Shown in pieces: positions 35,750 through 46,792 of a DNA stretch of 46,792 nt. Source of the DNA: Octopus bimaculoides (taxonomy: Eukaryota); the NCBI RefSeq assembly GCF_001194135.2, contig NC_068997.1, forward strand, positions 51,114,063-51,160,854, written 5' to 3'. The first letter of the stretch is position 1. The number at the start of each line of letters is the position of its first letter. The position numbers were made by a program, and so were the translations under genes. A model generated the notes under the pieces. It saw only the letters and a list, made by a program, of their open reading frames with translations. It ran no database searches and had not been told where the DNA came from.

Positions 35750-36195
35750 ATTGATGATGATGATAATGACGACGATGACGATGATGATAATGACAACAAT
35801 GATGATAATTGATGGACGAGGACAATGACGATGATGATGAAGATGACAACGACGTCGAGGATGATGACGACAACGACGACGATGATGATGATGACAATGA
35901 TGATGATGATGATGACAATGATGATGATGATGATGATGATGACAATGATAATGATGATGATGACGATGACGATGATGATGATGATGATGACGACGATGAC
36001 GATGATGATGATGACGATGATGACGACAATGATGATGATGACGATGATGACGACAATGATAATGATGACGATGATGATGATGGTGACAATGATGATGATG
36101 ATGACAATGATAATGATGACGATGATGATGATGACGATGATGACGACAATGATAATGATGACAATGATGATGATGATGGTGACAACAACGATGGT
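35750..36195. repeat. (GAT/GAC/AAT)n trinucleotide array
   Basis: Direct inspection; this is the source of the poly-Asp and poly-Ser ORFs. Confidence 0.95.
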
Positions 36196-36457
36196 TAGCT
36201 GTGTTCTGAGGTACAGTAGTTACCTCTTGGTGCTCTGGGTCCTCATACTAGAGTTTCACAAGGGAACTCTTATGTGCTTGCAATATCTGTCTACTAGAAA
36301 TAGCAGCTACATCTCCTTCAAATTTTACCCTGTATACCGCAGGAAAAAAAAATGGTTTTAGCTGAAATTGCTTTAATTGTATTTTGATCATATGTACTAT
36401 ATATGCTCTGTGTATAAGACATCCTCATGTATAAATTACATCCTAGTTTAGTGGGCG

Positions 36458-36508
36458 GTGGGATTGAACCAGGGCCTTGTGGTTGAGATGCAAGCTTCTT
36501 AACTACAC
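36458..36508 (-). mobile_element. SINE family A head fragment
   Basis: GTGGGATTGAACC...GTGGTTG...GCAAGCTTCTTAAC. Confidence 0.55.
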
Positions 36509-36606
36509 TACAAAACTATACCAACAGCATACATGATAGAATTACATACATACACATATACTTGTAACCACACATCTGTTTGGACATTCAAATACATACA
36601 TGCATA

Positions 36607-36830
36607 CATAGTCTGATCAATAAGTATCCGGACTGTTGCCATAGTAATGACGCTAAAGCACTCAGAGTGAAGCTGCTTGGCTAAAATTGACCTTGAACTC
36701 TGTTGTGCATGCACACCAAGTTTTAACGTTTTAGCTCACTCCTACTGTTTACAGCAGTGCTTGGAAGGAAGGTGTGTATTGTGTGATCATCACATCAACC
36801 ATAATAGAGAAAGTTGAGCAGAAAAATTTG
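36607..36830 (+). mobile_element. Mariner-like element 5' fragment (TIR, 5'UTR and transposase start)
   Basis: TA|CATAGTCTGATCAATAAGTATCCGGACT resembles mariner TIRs. It ends in ATA ATA GAG AAA GTT GAG CAG (IIEKVEQ), like mariner N-termini M.EK.EQR. Confidence 0.55.
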
Positions 36831-36854
36831 CTGCTTTTGGCTGTCTCCACACGT

Positions 36855-37060
36855 ATACTCGGCCACATATAAGGTGGCACATAAAAAGCACCCACTACAC
36901 TACACTCTCAGAGTGGTTGGTGTTAGAAAGGGCATACAGTTGTAGAAACATTGCCAGATCAGATTGGAGCCTGGTGCAACCGCTGGCTCTCCAGACCTCA
37001 GTCAAACTGTCCAACCCATGCCAGCATGGAAAACGGGCGTTAAACGATGATGATGATGAT
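36855..37060 (+). mobile_element. Family C repeat 3' part with (GAT)n tail
   Basis: GGCACATAAAAGCACCCACTACAC..CTCAGAGTGGTTGG..GCATGGAAAACGGGCGTTAAACGATGATG. Confidence 0.85.
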
Positions 37061-37094
37061 ATTGGTGTACACACAGACACACACACACACAGTA

Positions 37095-37243
37095 GGCTTC
37101 TTTCAGTGTTTGTTTATGAAATCCATTCGCAAGGCTTTGGTCAGCTGTGAAGCTATAGCAGAAGACACTTGCCTAAGGTGCCATGCAGTAGGACTGAACC
37201 TGGAACCATGTGGTTCAGAGACAAACTTCCTACCACACAGCCA
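37095..37243 (-). mobile_element. SINE family A 5' module
   Basis: Reverse homolog of 2340-2480. Confidence 0.85.
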
Positions 37244-37619
37244 ATTAATTGAAACATATAAGCACCGTACTTAATTAAGAATTTGATTGTGAAATGGTCA
37301 AAGGCAGGTGGATATTAATTGAGATAAGTTTAGCTAAAACATTAAGCAGGTGTCATAACTAGGTGGAAACTAGCAAATACCTTTTCTTGTTTATCCTCTC
37401 AGTGTTTGATTTGCTTACATAGCAGTCAAATCCCTTTGTCAGTACATGCATTATTATAATGTGGCCTCTGAAACCAATGTCTTTTGACTGTGTACTATTG
37501 GTTTGTTATTTTGCCAACGCTTAATGGTTAGTGTCTGTGAATTGTTATTATTCCAACACAATGTGACATAATGACATCGACTCATTCGTTATTTGTGTAA
37601 TACTTTACATTCTTTGATA

Positions 37620-37660
37620 TATGCGTGTGGGTGTGTATGTGTGTATATGTGTGCATGAGT

Positions 37661-37714
<54 letters not shown>

Positions 37715-37732
37715 NNNNNNNNNNTATATATA

Positions 37733-37763
<31 letters not shown>

Positions 37764-37962
37764 GTGTATATATATGTGTGTGTTTAGGTGTTTATTTATA
37801 TAATGTGTGTATGCGTGTATCTATGTGTGTGTATGTGTATATATGTGTGTGTAGGTGTATATATATATGTGTGTGTGTGTATATATATATATGTAGGTGT
37901 ATATGTGTGTGCATGTTTATATATATGTGTGTGTGTGTGTGTCCATGTATATATATGTGTGC

Positions 37963-38024
<62 letters not shown>

Positions 38025-38292
38025 TTATATTTAGTATGTGTATGTATATATGTATGTGCACATATATATATGTATCTATATATGTATGTCTATGTAAGTA
38101 TGTATGAATGTATGTATGTGTATATATATATATATATGTGTATGTATATATGTGTGTGTGTATATATACATGTGTGTGTACGTATATTTGTGTTTAGTTT
38201 GTTTATGTATATATGTGTATATTATATATGAATGTGCATGTATATATGTATGCATGTATATAGATATGCATCTATATATGTATGTGCGTATA

Positions 38293-38343
<51 letters not shown>

Positions 38344-38705
38344 GTCTATGTATGTATGTATGTGTATATATATGTATGTGTATGTATATTTATTTATGTA
38401 TGTATGTGTATATATATATGTGTGTGTATATATATATATGTATGTGTGTATATATGTCTGTGTATATAAATATGTGTGTATATATATGCTTGTGTATGTA
38501 TGTGCATATACATATATATATGAATGTATGTATATATATATATGTATGTGTATATGTGTGCATGTATGCATACATATCCATATATTTATATATGTAAAAA
38601 TATATATATATATAATGTACACACACACACAAAAAGCTCTCTCTCCTTCTCTCTCTGTACATACACACATACACACACACACACACACACATATATATCT
38701 ATTTG
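37620..38705. repeat. Long compound (AT)n/(GT)n/(ATGT)n microsatellite
   Basis: Direct inspection. Confidence 0.9.
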
Positions 38706-39285
38706 TGTTTGTTGTCTGCTTATTTGTTTGTTGATGTTTACACTTCCATTAAACCAACTTGTCGTCTGAGTGCGTCAATAACAGAACTTCTCTCTCCAAC
38801 CAGATGGCAATAATTCAGCAGAGCGTTGTAAGCAAAGATCCTGTGAAGCGGGTTGATATTGGAAAGAAACCATGAATAGCTTAGCGATTTATTTAAGAAT
38901 GTTGGTCAACGCTGGTGGAAATATTCTTTTGCTTTTTCTTTGTTTGGATAGCGTCAAACTGAGAGGTGTCGAATGGCTTAAAAGGTCTTTGGAGATGAAT
39001 AATAATAATAAGAATAATAATAATAATAAGAAGAATAGTAATAATAAAAATTATAAATACGAGAAACACATCACAAAGAAAACATAGACTTTTTTTTCTC
39101 TCTCTCTTAGGACTTTTTAAACATCATCTACTCAACGTGTTAGTTTTAGTTTTACTGAAGAATTATTTTAAAGAAAAGAAGGCTTCAAATAATAATAATA
39201 ATAATAATAGTATTATTGATAATAATATGTTATTAATAATAATGGTAATAGATATTACTAATAATAATGCTATAATAATAAATGC

Positions 39286-39332
<47 letters not shown>

Positions 39333-39721
39333 TTTTTTTTTTTTTGGTAAAATGTATTCTTATGTGTTACTGGAAGCATTCTGCTAATAATTAGCTTTTA
39401 TTTTCCAGAAGAGCTCATTCTAAACATGATTTTACAAATTCATGTGAATTTATATGATTTCTTGGTGGTTTTTGGTTTCAGTAGAAATCTTCAGACTGAT
39501 GCACATAATGCAACAAATACAACAGTGACAAGAACAAGAAGAACAACAACAATAACAAGAAATGCAGTAATAGATATTTGTCTACTTGTTCTGTTTTTAG
39601 TAGAGTGAACATCAATTATACTGCTCTGTTAATTATGGTATTCAATAATTTCTGCTAATATTGAAATCTAATATTTTGATGTATTTCATAGAAATGATGA
39701 CAGATATATATACATATACAT

Positions 39722-39763
<42 letters not shown>

Positions 39764-39915
39764 GAGCTCAGGAATGTCATGTCATGTCTCACCCAAATAA
39801 TGTTCATTTTATGCAGGCATATGTGAACACATGCACACGTACATGCATACAACCACACAGACACATGCAGGCATGTATACATACATGCACTCACATGCAG
39901 GCATACACATGTACA

Positions 39916-39947
<32 letters not shown>

Positions 39948-40225
39948 NNNNNNNNNNNNNNNNNNNNNNNNNNNNNNNNNNNNNNNNNNNNNNNNNNNNN
40001 NNNNNNNNNNNNNNNNNNNNNNNNNNNNNNNNNNNNNNNNNNNNNNNNNNNNNNNNNNNNNNNNNNNNNNNNNNNNNNNNNNNNNNNNNNNNNNNNNNNN
40101 NNNNNNNNNNNNNNNNNNNNNNNNNNNNNNNNNNNNNNNNNNNNNNNNNNNNNNNNNNNNNNNNNNNNNNNNNNNNNNNNNNNNNNNNNNNNNNNNNNNN
40201 NNNNNNNNNNNNNNNNNNNNNNNNN

Positions 40226-40255
<30 letters not shown>

Positions 40256-40256
<1 letters not shown>

Positions 40257-40614
40257 GCACAGGCATGGCTGTCTGGTAAGGAGCTTGCTTCCCAACCACA
40301 TGGTTGCGAGTTCAGTCCCACTGCGTGGTACCTTGGGCAAGTGCCTTCTACTATAGCCTCAGGCTGACCAAAGCCTTGTGAGTGGATTTGGTAGGTGGAA
40401 ACTGTTTGTTCCCTCCCTCTCCCCACCATCACTTGACAACCGATGTTGGTGTGTTTATATCCCTGCAACTTAGCAGCAAAAGAGACTGAAAGAGACCGAT
40501 AAAACAAGTACTAGGCTTGCAAAGAATAAGTCGTGGGGTCGATTTCTTCGACTAAAGGCAGTGCTCCAGCATGGCCACAGTCAAATGACCGAAACAAGTA
40601 AAAGAGTAAAAAAG
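40256..40614 (+). mobile_element. SINE family A, near full length, lacking the internal microsatellite
   Basis: Homologous to 2340-2721; GGAAACTG is joined directly to TTTGTTCCCTCC. Confidence 0.9.
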
Positions 40615-40624
40615 TATATATGTA

Positions 40625-40785
40625 GGCACAGGCATGGCTGTGTGGTAAGAAGCTTGCTTCCCAACCACATCGTTCTGGGTTCAGTCCCACTGCATGGCAC
40701 CTTCGGCAAGTGCTTTCTACTACATCCTTGGGCCAACCAAAGCCTTGTGAGTGGATTTGGTGGATGGAAACTGAAAGAAGCCTGT
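40625..40785 (+). mobile_element. SINE family A 5' module (tandem second copy)
   Basis: GGCACAGGCATGGCTGTGTGGTAAGAAGCTTGCTTCCCAACCAC...AAACTGAAAGAAGCC. Confidence 0.9.
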
Positions 40786-40804
40786 TGTTGTGCTGGTAGC
40801 ATGT

Positions 40805-40965
40805 ATGATGACGACGATGATGATGATGATGACGACGACGACAATGATGATGATGATGACAACAATGATGATGATGATGACGATGACAATAATGATGACG
40901 ATGACTACGATGATGACGATGATGAAGATGACGACAATGATGATGATGACGATGACAATGATGAT
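40805..40965. repeat. (GAT/GAC)n array
   Basis: Direct inspection. Confidence 0.9.
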
Positions 40966-41818
40966 TATTTATCTTTCTCTCTTTCATCTCTTTCTCTCTT
41001 TCATCTCTTTCTCTCTTTCATCTCTTTCTCTCCCATTGTTCCTCTTTATCTCATTCTCACTTCCATCTTTTTATCTTTCTCCACCTCTCTCTCTCTCCCT
41101 ATCAGTCCCAACCACAACTGACCCACCCCCTCGTCAACAAGAAAAGGAAACTTAAAAACTAGATGAAAAAAAAATGTTAAATTTCACAAAGTAACCCAGA
41201 ATATTATGACGAAAGTGAATTATAGTTTGGACTTTCTCTTCTTAAGGAAAAAAAAAAAAACAAAACAGTATATCAAAAGAAATTAACAAAAACAATATCA
41301 AAAAAATTGACAAAAAAAAANNNNNNNNNNNNNNNNNNNNNNNNNNNNNNNNNNNNNNNNNNNNNNNNNNNNNNNNNNNNNNNNNNNNNNNNNNNNNNNN
41401 NNNNNNNNNNNNNNNNNNNNNNNNNNNNNNNNNNNNNNNNNNNNNNNNNNNNNNNNNNNNNNNNNNNNNNNNNNNNNNNNNNNNNNNNNNNNNNNNNNNN
41501 NNNNNNNNNNNNNNNNNNNNNNNNNNNNNNNNNNNNNNNNNNNNNNNNNNNNNNNNNNNNNNNNNNNNNNNNNNNNNNNNNNNNNNNNNNNNNNNNNNNN
41601 NNNNNNNNNNNNNNNNNNNNNNNNNNNNNNNNNNNCACATTTATAATAAAGAAAAAAAGAGAAATAAAGATTAATTTTTGTGAGACAATAATGAGATTAA
41701 CCATTGTAAACTGTCACAATGGAGTTTGTTAATGGAAAATTGTTAGTTTAGGAATCCAATGACCTTCACCTCCAACAATGATTGCTTGCTGTCAACGGAA
41801 CTTTAATAGGTGCCTCTG

Positions 41819-41857
<39 letters not shown>

Positions 41858-41860
41858 ATG

Positions 41861-41891
<31 letters not shown>

Positions 41892-42052
41892 ATGTATATA
41901 CATACATATATATATTCTTGGTGGTTATGGTGGTGGTGGTGGTGGTTGTGGTAGTTTTTATGGCGATGATGATGGTGGTTCTGATGATCATCATCACCAT
42001 TGTCATCATTGAGGTCATTATTATCATTATCATCATTATTATTATTATTATT

Positions 42053-42100
42053 AAGGCAGTGAGCTGACAGAATTGTCAGCATGGTGGGCGAAATGCTTTA
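42053..42100 (+). mobile_element. SINE family B head fragment
   Basis: AAGGCAGTGAGCTGACAGAATTGTCAGCATGGTGGGCGAAATGCTT following (ATT)n. Confidence 0.7.
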
Positions 42101-43191
42101 ACAAAATGCACAAACATTTAAAACATATATATCAGACAATGCTTCAAGCAAACTATACTATTCTACTCTGTGTGCGCGTGTGTGTATACATATACACTCA
42201 CTCACACATATAGATGTATATATATATATATATATATATGTACACACGCACACAACAATAACAAATATATGATATAAAGCATTTTATTCTCCAAGTTATA
42301 TTATAAATAGGTCAGATAAAGTGCCAAACTAATTAGTTTAAAGTACAAAGTTCAATCCAAGGTTTTGTATTTTTGAGTTCAAATCACACCAACAACAACC
42401 TTTTCTGTTACCATACATGCTTAATTAAATGTATGCTTCACTGAGCATGTTCTATATATATATATATATANNNNNNNNNNNNNNNNNNNNNNNNNNNNNN
42501 NNNNNNNNNNNNNNNNNNNNNNNNNNNNNNNNNNNNNNNNNNNNNNNNNNNNNNNNNNNNNNNNNNNNNNNNNNNNNNNNNNNNNNNNNNNNNNNNNNNN
42601 NNNNNNNNNNNNNNNNNNNNNNNNNNNNNNNNNNNNNNNNNNNNNNNNNNNNNNNNNNNNNNNNNNNNNNNNNNNNNNNNNNNNNNNNNNNNNNNNNNNN
42701 NNNNNNNNNNNNNNNNNNNNNNNNNNNNNNNNNNNNNNNNNNNNNNNNNNNNNNNNNNNNNNNNNNNNNNNNNNNNNNNNNNNNNNNNNNNNNNNNNNNN
42801 NNNNNNNNNNNNNNNNNNNNNNNNNCACACTTCCTGTTTTGACACCACACTTCCTGCTTAACACAAACTTTTAACCCTTTCTTTAAACCTAACACAACTC
42901 TCAATTCTCTTGCATCCTTATTTTTCCAACCATTATATACATGGATTACCATTGAACTTCAGAAGCTCAAAGACAATATAATGTATTGGTATATTTATTT
43001 TTTTATATATTATTTTCTTCATTTTGTACTTCTTTGTAAAAAACATTTTCATTCTCCTTGATAATTTGCTTCACAATGAAAGCCGATTAGAAATCTTTAT
43101 TAAAATATGCTTCCAGTTTAGCATTCTGCCTTATTTTTCATTTTCCTATTATTTCTCCACGTGCGGTTAACACAACCCCACTATTTCCTGA

Positions 43192-43234
<43 letters not shown>

Positions 43235-43371
43235 CACATCCCATTAAATTTGGATCAACTAAAATGTACTTTATTCACTGAGAGATAAATATCATTTAAC
43301 GTACATGGAATCAAAATGATAAAAGTACCAATAGTTTCTTGCCATTGAAACACATAGTTAGCTAGATTTAT

Positions 43372-43451
43372 ATAATGTGCTTTGTGTCTCCAATCGATTA
43401 CCAGGCTCTGAGCACATCCTGAATGTTGCTTGGAGACACAAGACACATTAT
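43372..43451 (+). ncRNA. Candidate intronic pri-miRNA-like hairpin (alternative: tiny MITE)
   Basis: 80-nt fold-back. Upper stem 43383-43405/43418-43440 has 19 of 23 paired with a 12-nt loop; lower stem 43372-43382/43441-43451 has 10 of 11 paired. Three G-U pairs work on +. No expression data. Confidence 0.4.
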
Positions 43452-43513
43452 CTGCCTAACTGCGTGTCTCAATGGTAGAAAACTATTAGTAGCTCTTATT
43501 TTAATACAATGTA

Positions 43514-43656
43514 CAGGCCTGACTGTGTGGTAAGAAGCTTGCTTCCCGACCAAATGGTTCCGGGTTCAGTCTCTCTGTGTAGCACCTTGGGCAAGTGTCT
43601 TCTACTGTAGCTTTGGGCTGACCAAAGCCCTGTGAGTGGAATTTGTAGGCGGAAAC
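43514..43656 (+). mobile_element. SINE family A 5' module
   Basis: CTGTGTGGTAAGAAGCTTGCTTCCCGACCAAATGGTTCCGGGTTCAGTC... Confidence 0.85.
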
Positions 43657-44719
43657 CGTAGTACATGACCATAACAACGCAAACGTCTCTCTTGCACGTC
43701 ACATTCAAATGCTTCTAATGGCCAACATTTCTCTTGAGGTGCTTACACTCTGTCGTGTGTGCACACTGACATCACACATCCAACAGATCATGCTAGCTTC
43801 ATTTCTTTCGAACGCATATATGTATATTTATATATTTATTTATTTATTCATCAAGAGTTACAAAAGTGGACTTAGTTTTGCTGTAGCTGCTGTCAGTTGT
43901 AGGGGCCACAGTGCACTTCTTAGTACTACACCACAGAACCATTCTCGGCAAACTAATTATAGTAATGAATTATTATAAAGTGGAAAACTAAATCTTAGGA
44001 AAAAAAATAAATAAATAAAAGCAATTTGTGCTAAACTTCTTTTTCATTTTTCTTCTCCTGATATGTCAGAATAGAATTTCCATTATATGTAACCTTTAAG
44101 AAGGAATATTAAATAGATTTTTAAAATATATCTTTATTTTTGAAGACTCTTCTTTTATTTTATTGGTTTAAAATGTTTTATTTTAAGATAGTAAGCACAA
44201 GTTAAGAATTATATTTTAGAACTGATAATGTCAACATCACAATTTTGAAGCAAAAAAAAAAAAAAAATTCTTTTATTTGGAAAATAAATTTAGAAAAAAA
44301 TGAAAGGAAATAAAAATAAAACTGTCTCATAGTTTTGATATTTACTAAAATATGACGAGTGGTGATCTTAGTTGCACTGATAGGGTATCAATTTATTGAA
44401 CACAGTGTAACCAGTATGTAACAAAAGTGTATGATCTTCCTAACAAAAGTGTTTGACCTATATCGGCTCAGTCTGCTTAGCTGTAAGTAGATACCATAGA
44501 GTAAAGTAGTTTTACATTGTCAACAATGACAGTAACTCTGTATAACTGATGATTGGTTTTCATTGAGTTTGCTAAATATCTGTGATTCGGTGGAATTTAT
44601 CTGCAACTGTGGTTGGCGTTGGGAAGTGTGTGTAGCCATAGAAACCATCCCAATGCAGACATTTGAGCAGTGGTTCCCAAAGTAGCAGATGGAAAGGTTG
44701 AGCCTAAAGATATGACATA

Positions 44720-45620
44720 AAGAGAAATAGTATGTTTACCTGCTGTTTCGCTGAGATGCACATACAACATTATCTGCAGCACGTGCAGCAGCAGTTGCTG
44801 CAGCATCTCTTGTAAGTCGATCTGCGCATTGTGCTGCAGTTCCTGAAGCTCGTGCAGCAGCAGTAGAGGAAGCATTCCTTGATCGGCATGCTGAACGTTG
44901 CTCGTTGCGCTGGGCGGTGCTAACTGATCACAACACTGCTCTTCACTTTTCCTCCTTTGTGCTGAAGCCATCCTAAGTGCATTGAGAGAGTTCCTCCTGG
45001 CGGCATCCTCGGCAGATTCATTTGCATGCATACGTTTATTTTTCTTTGCAGCACTTGTTTGTCGACCTATATGTGGATCTTTTGCATTGAGGTATGGTGG
45101 AAAATTACCAGTTTATGCAATGGAAAAAGTGGTGAATGTGTAGCACCCAAAAAATAGTAAAATGTAGTTGGCAAAAACGTTAATCAAACAGACCGAATTA
45201 AGGATTTTTAATTTTGGGTAAGAGTTTTGAAGTGGCTAGTTTAAGTTGGAATAATTATATGAGAAAGAGCGCTCACATGAAAACAGGCAAATCGTAACTC
45301 ACAAATGAATACTGCTGGCAGTACTGTGCAAGCAGTCGATAAGAGCTCGCCACAGCTGACAAAGTAAAGTATTGATTTTTTTCCAGCTGGGTGTGTGTCG
45401 TGTTTTTTCACTGGCTCAAGCCAAATCCTAGGTGAATTGAGAGTAGTCTATTTATGTTGGGGACACAGAATTTTGAGGAAAAAATTATAAGAAAAAGCAT
45501 CCTAAGTCAAAGAGAGCACATGTGTCAAATTTGGTGAAATTCGGTTGAAAATTGTAGGAGTAGAAGTGGTTCACACAACACACACACACAGACAGATAAC
45601 TTGCCTTTTAATATATAAGA
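44720..45620 (-). mobile_element. Helitron 5' part (terminus, 5'UTR and decayed RepHel N-terminus)
   Basis: The minus strand begins A|TCTTATATATTAAAAGGCAAG..TGTCTGTGTGTG..AACCGAATTTCACCAAATTTG, typical of invertebrate Helitron 5' ends. No 3' terminus found. Confidence 0.65.
44737..45087 (-). pseudogene. Frameshifted Helitron RepHel N-terminal repeat region
   Basis: HIGRQTSAAKKNKRMHANESAEDAARRNSLNALRMASAQRRKSEEQ; after a shift near 44920, RNASSTAAARASGTAAQCADRLTRDAAATAAARA. This resembles the R/A/E-rich helical repeats preceding the Helitron zinc finger. Confidence 0.55.
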
Positions 45621-45873
45621 TGTATATTTATTACCTTCTGTGCTTTTATATATTCATTCCTTTTATATGTTGAAGGCCATGGTAATGTTTATATATAAGC
45701 AAATGTATGGAAGCATGGTGTTGTTGACTCGAATTTGATGTTTGTTCTCTAATCAATGTTTTTTTTTTTTTATCTCAGTCTCAATTTCATTTGAGTACTT
45801 CTTTTTTGCAGTCCTATAAACCCTTTTGTCTCCATAAAAAGAAGCAAAAACTATTTCTTGTTGTATGTATGTA

Positions 45874-45911
<38 letters not shown>

Positions 45912-46076
45912 ATAATATTAGGGATAAATATCCAAATTTACAGGTAAAAACTATAATTATTATTTTATGATTTTTACTTTGTATTTTATACTTTATAGTG
46001 TATTTACTTATTAATTTTCTCTAAATGTGACTGTGGATTTTCATGGATAAGTTCATGAACTTTGGTTCTTTTCTCT

Positions 46077-46123
<47 letters not shown>

Positions 46124-46140
46124 GGTTGCTGTACAATATC

Positions 46141-46278
46141 CATCTATCAAATCTGTTCTCAAGACATTGGTCAGCCTGGGATGACAGGAGAAAAAACACT
46201 TCCTGAAGGTGCAGCGCGATGGGACTGAACTCAGCATCACCTGGTCAAAAAGCAAACTTCTTAACCACACGCCCATAC
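46141..46278 (-). mobile_element. SINE family A 5' module, diverged
   Basis: AAACACTTCCTGAAGGTGC..GGGACTGAAC...AAGCAAACTTCTTAACCACAC. Confidence 0.7.
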
Positions 46279-46792
46279 TTTCAGTAATAAATAAATGAAC
46301 GTGACATCTGAATAACATGAGTCTAGAAGTGAGAAATTGTAGCCCTCATCTTTTACTGATTGCTCCAGCTGGGAATGAACAACGAGCCATTAAACCTGAC
46401 ATAAGCCCCCAGCTCTGATAGGAAATTATAGAGTTGTGACGTTTTAATTCCCTTTGAAAGGGTGAAATTAGGGAATATTTTTAGGGTTTGATTTTTATCT
46501 GCCTGCTATATTTTTTTGTTTGTGTGTTTGTTTTTGTGAGATTGAAGCCGTGGCTGTTTTGTGGATGGCCGAGGATTGTGGTGGTGGTAGTGGTGGGTGG
46601 GTTGTATGGATATTCTAAATTGTACCCCCACCCCCACCCCTTGCATAGATATACCCTCCACCGCTGTTCTGTTGTATTTGTGTCTAGTCCCAAATGTTTG
46701 TTCTCCCGATTTCGGTTTAACAAGATTTAATCACTCTAACAGGAAGTATTTAATACTGAGTGAATAAATAGTTACACACACACACACACACA

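Noticed and set aside
35809-36198. Poly-Asp acidic (biomineralisation-like) protein ORF
   Set aside because: Pure (GAT/GAC)n array with no signal peptide or splice sites; a similar array at 40805 shows it is a common microsatellite.
38780-38830. LPSGWREK on the minus strand as WWOX exon 3 or another WW domain
   Set aside because: Wrong strand relative to exon 2, an in-frame stop follows within 4 codons, and there is no donor site.
325-46730. The many long ORFs of the [12 protein letters not shown]/poly-X type in the ORF track
   Set aside because: They are translations of dinucleotide or trinucleotide microsatellites and N gaps, which lack stop codons; no domain content.
1-46792. (AT)n richness as a conserved FRA16D-like fragile-site feature of WWOX
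   Set aside because: Without a genome-wide baseline it cannot be distinguished from the generally high microsatellite content of this genome.

Overview
AT-rich, gap-ridden eukaryotic draft sequence (about 4.2 kb of N). It is most likely from an octopus, an inference from the SINE-like families and the extreme microsatellite load. The only host coding sequence I can support is one 65-bp internal exon at 3155-3219 (+). It encodes (N)HATKSTQWTHPVSGKKKIVKG and matches exon 2 of WWOX, so the rest of the window is probably WWOX intron. Nearly all ORFs in the supplied track are microsatellite or N-gap artefacts. The intron holds several tRNA-headed SINE families, RTE-LINE 3' ends, a doubly truncated L1/Tx1-like ORF1 with a CCHC knuckle, two Helitrons, mariner and piggyBac-type MITEs, and two minisatellites with higher-order structure. 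The best leads are a pri-miRNA-shaped hairpin (43372-43451), a degenerate hammerhead-ribozyme-like motif (29732-29886), a chimeric SINE joined at the B box (about 12735), a Helitron nested in a piggyBac-type MITE, and a 28-bp-arm inverted repeat enclosing YY1-type motifs just downstream of the exon. I found no convincing novel multi-gene system.
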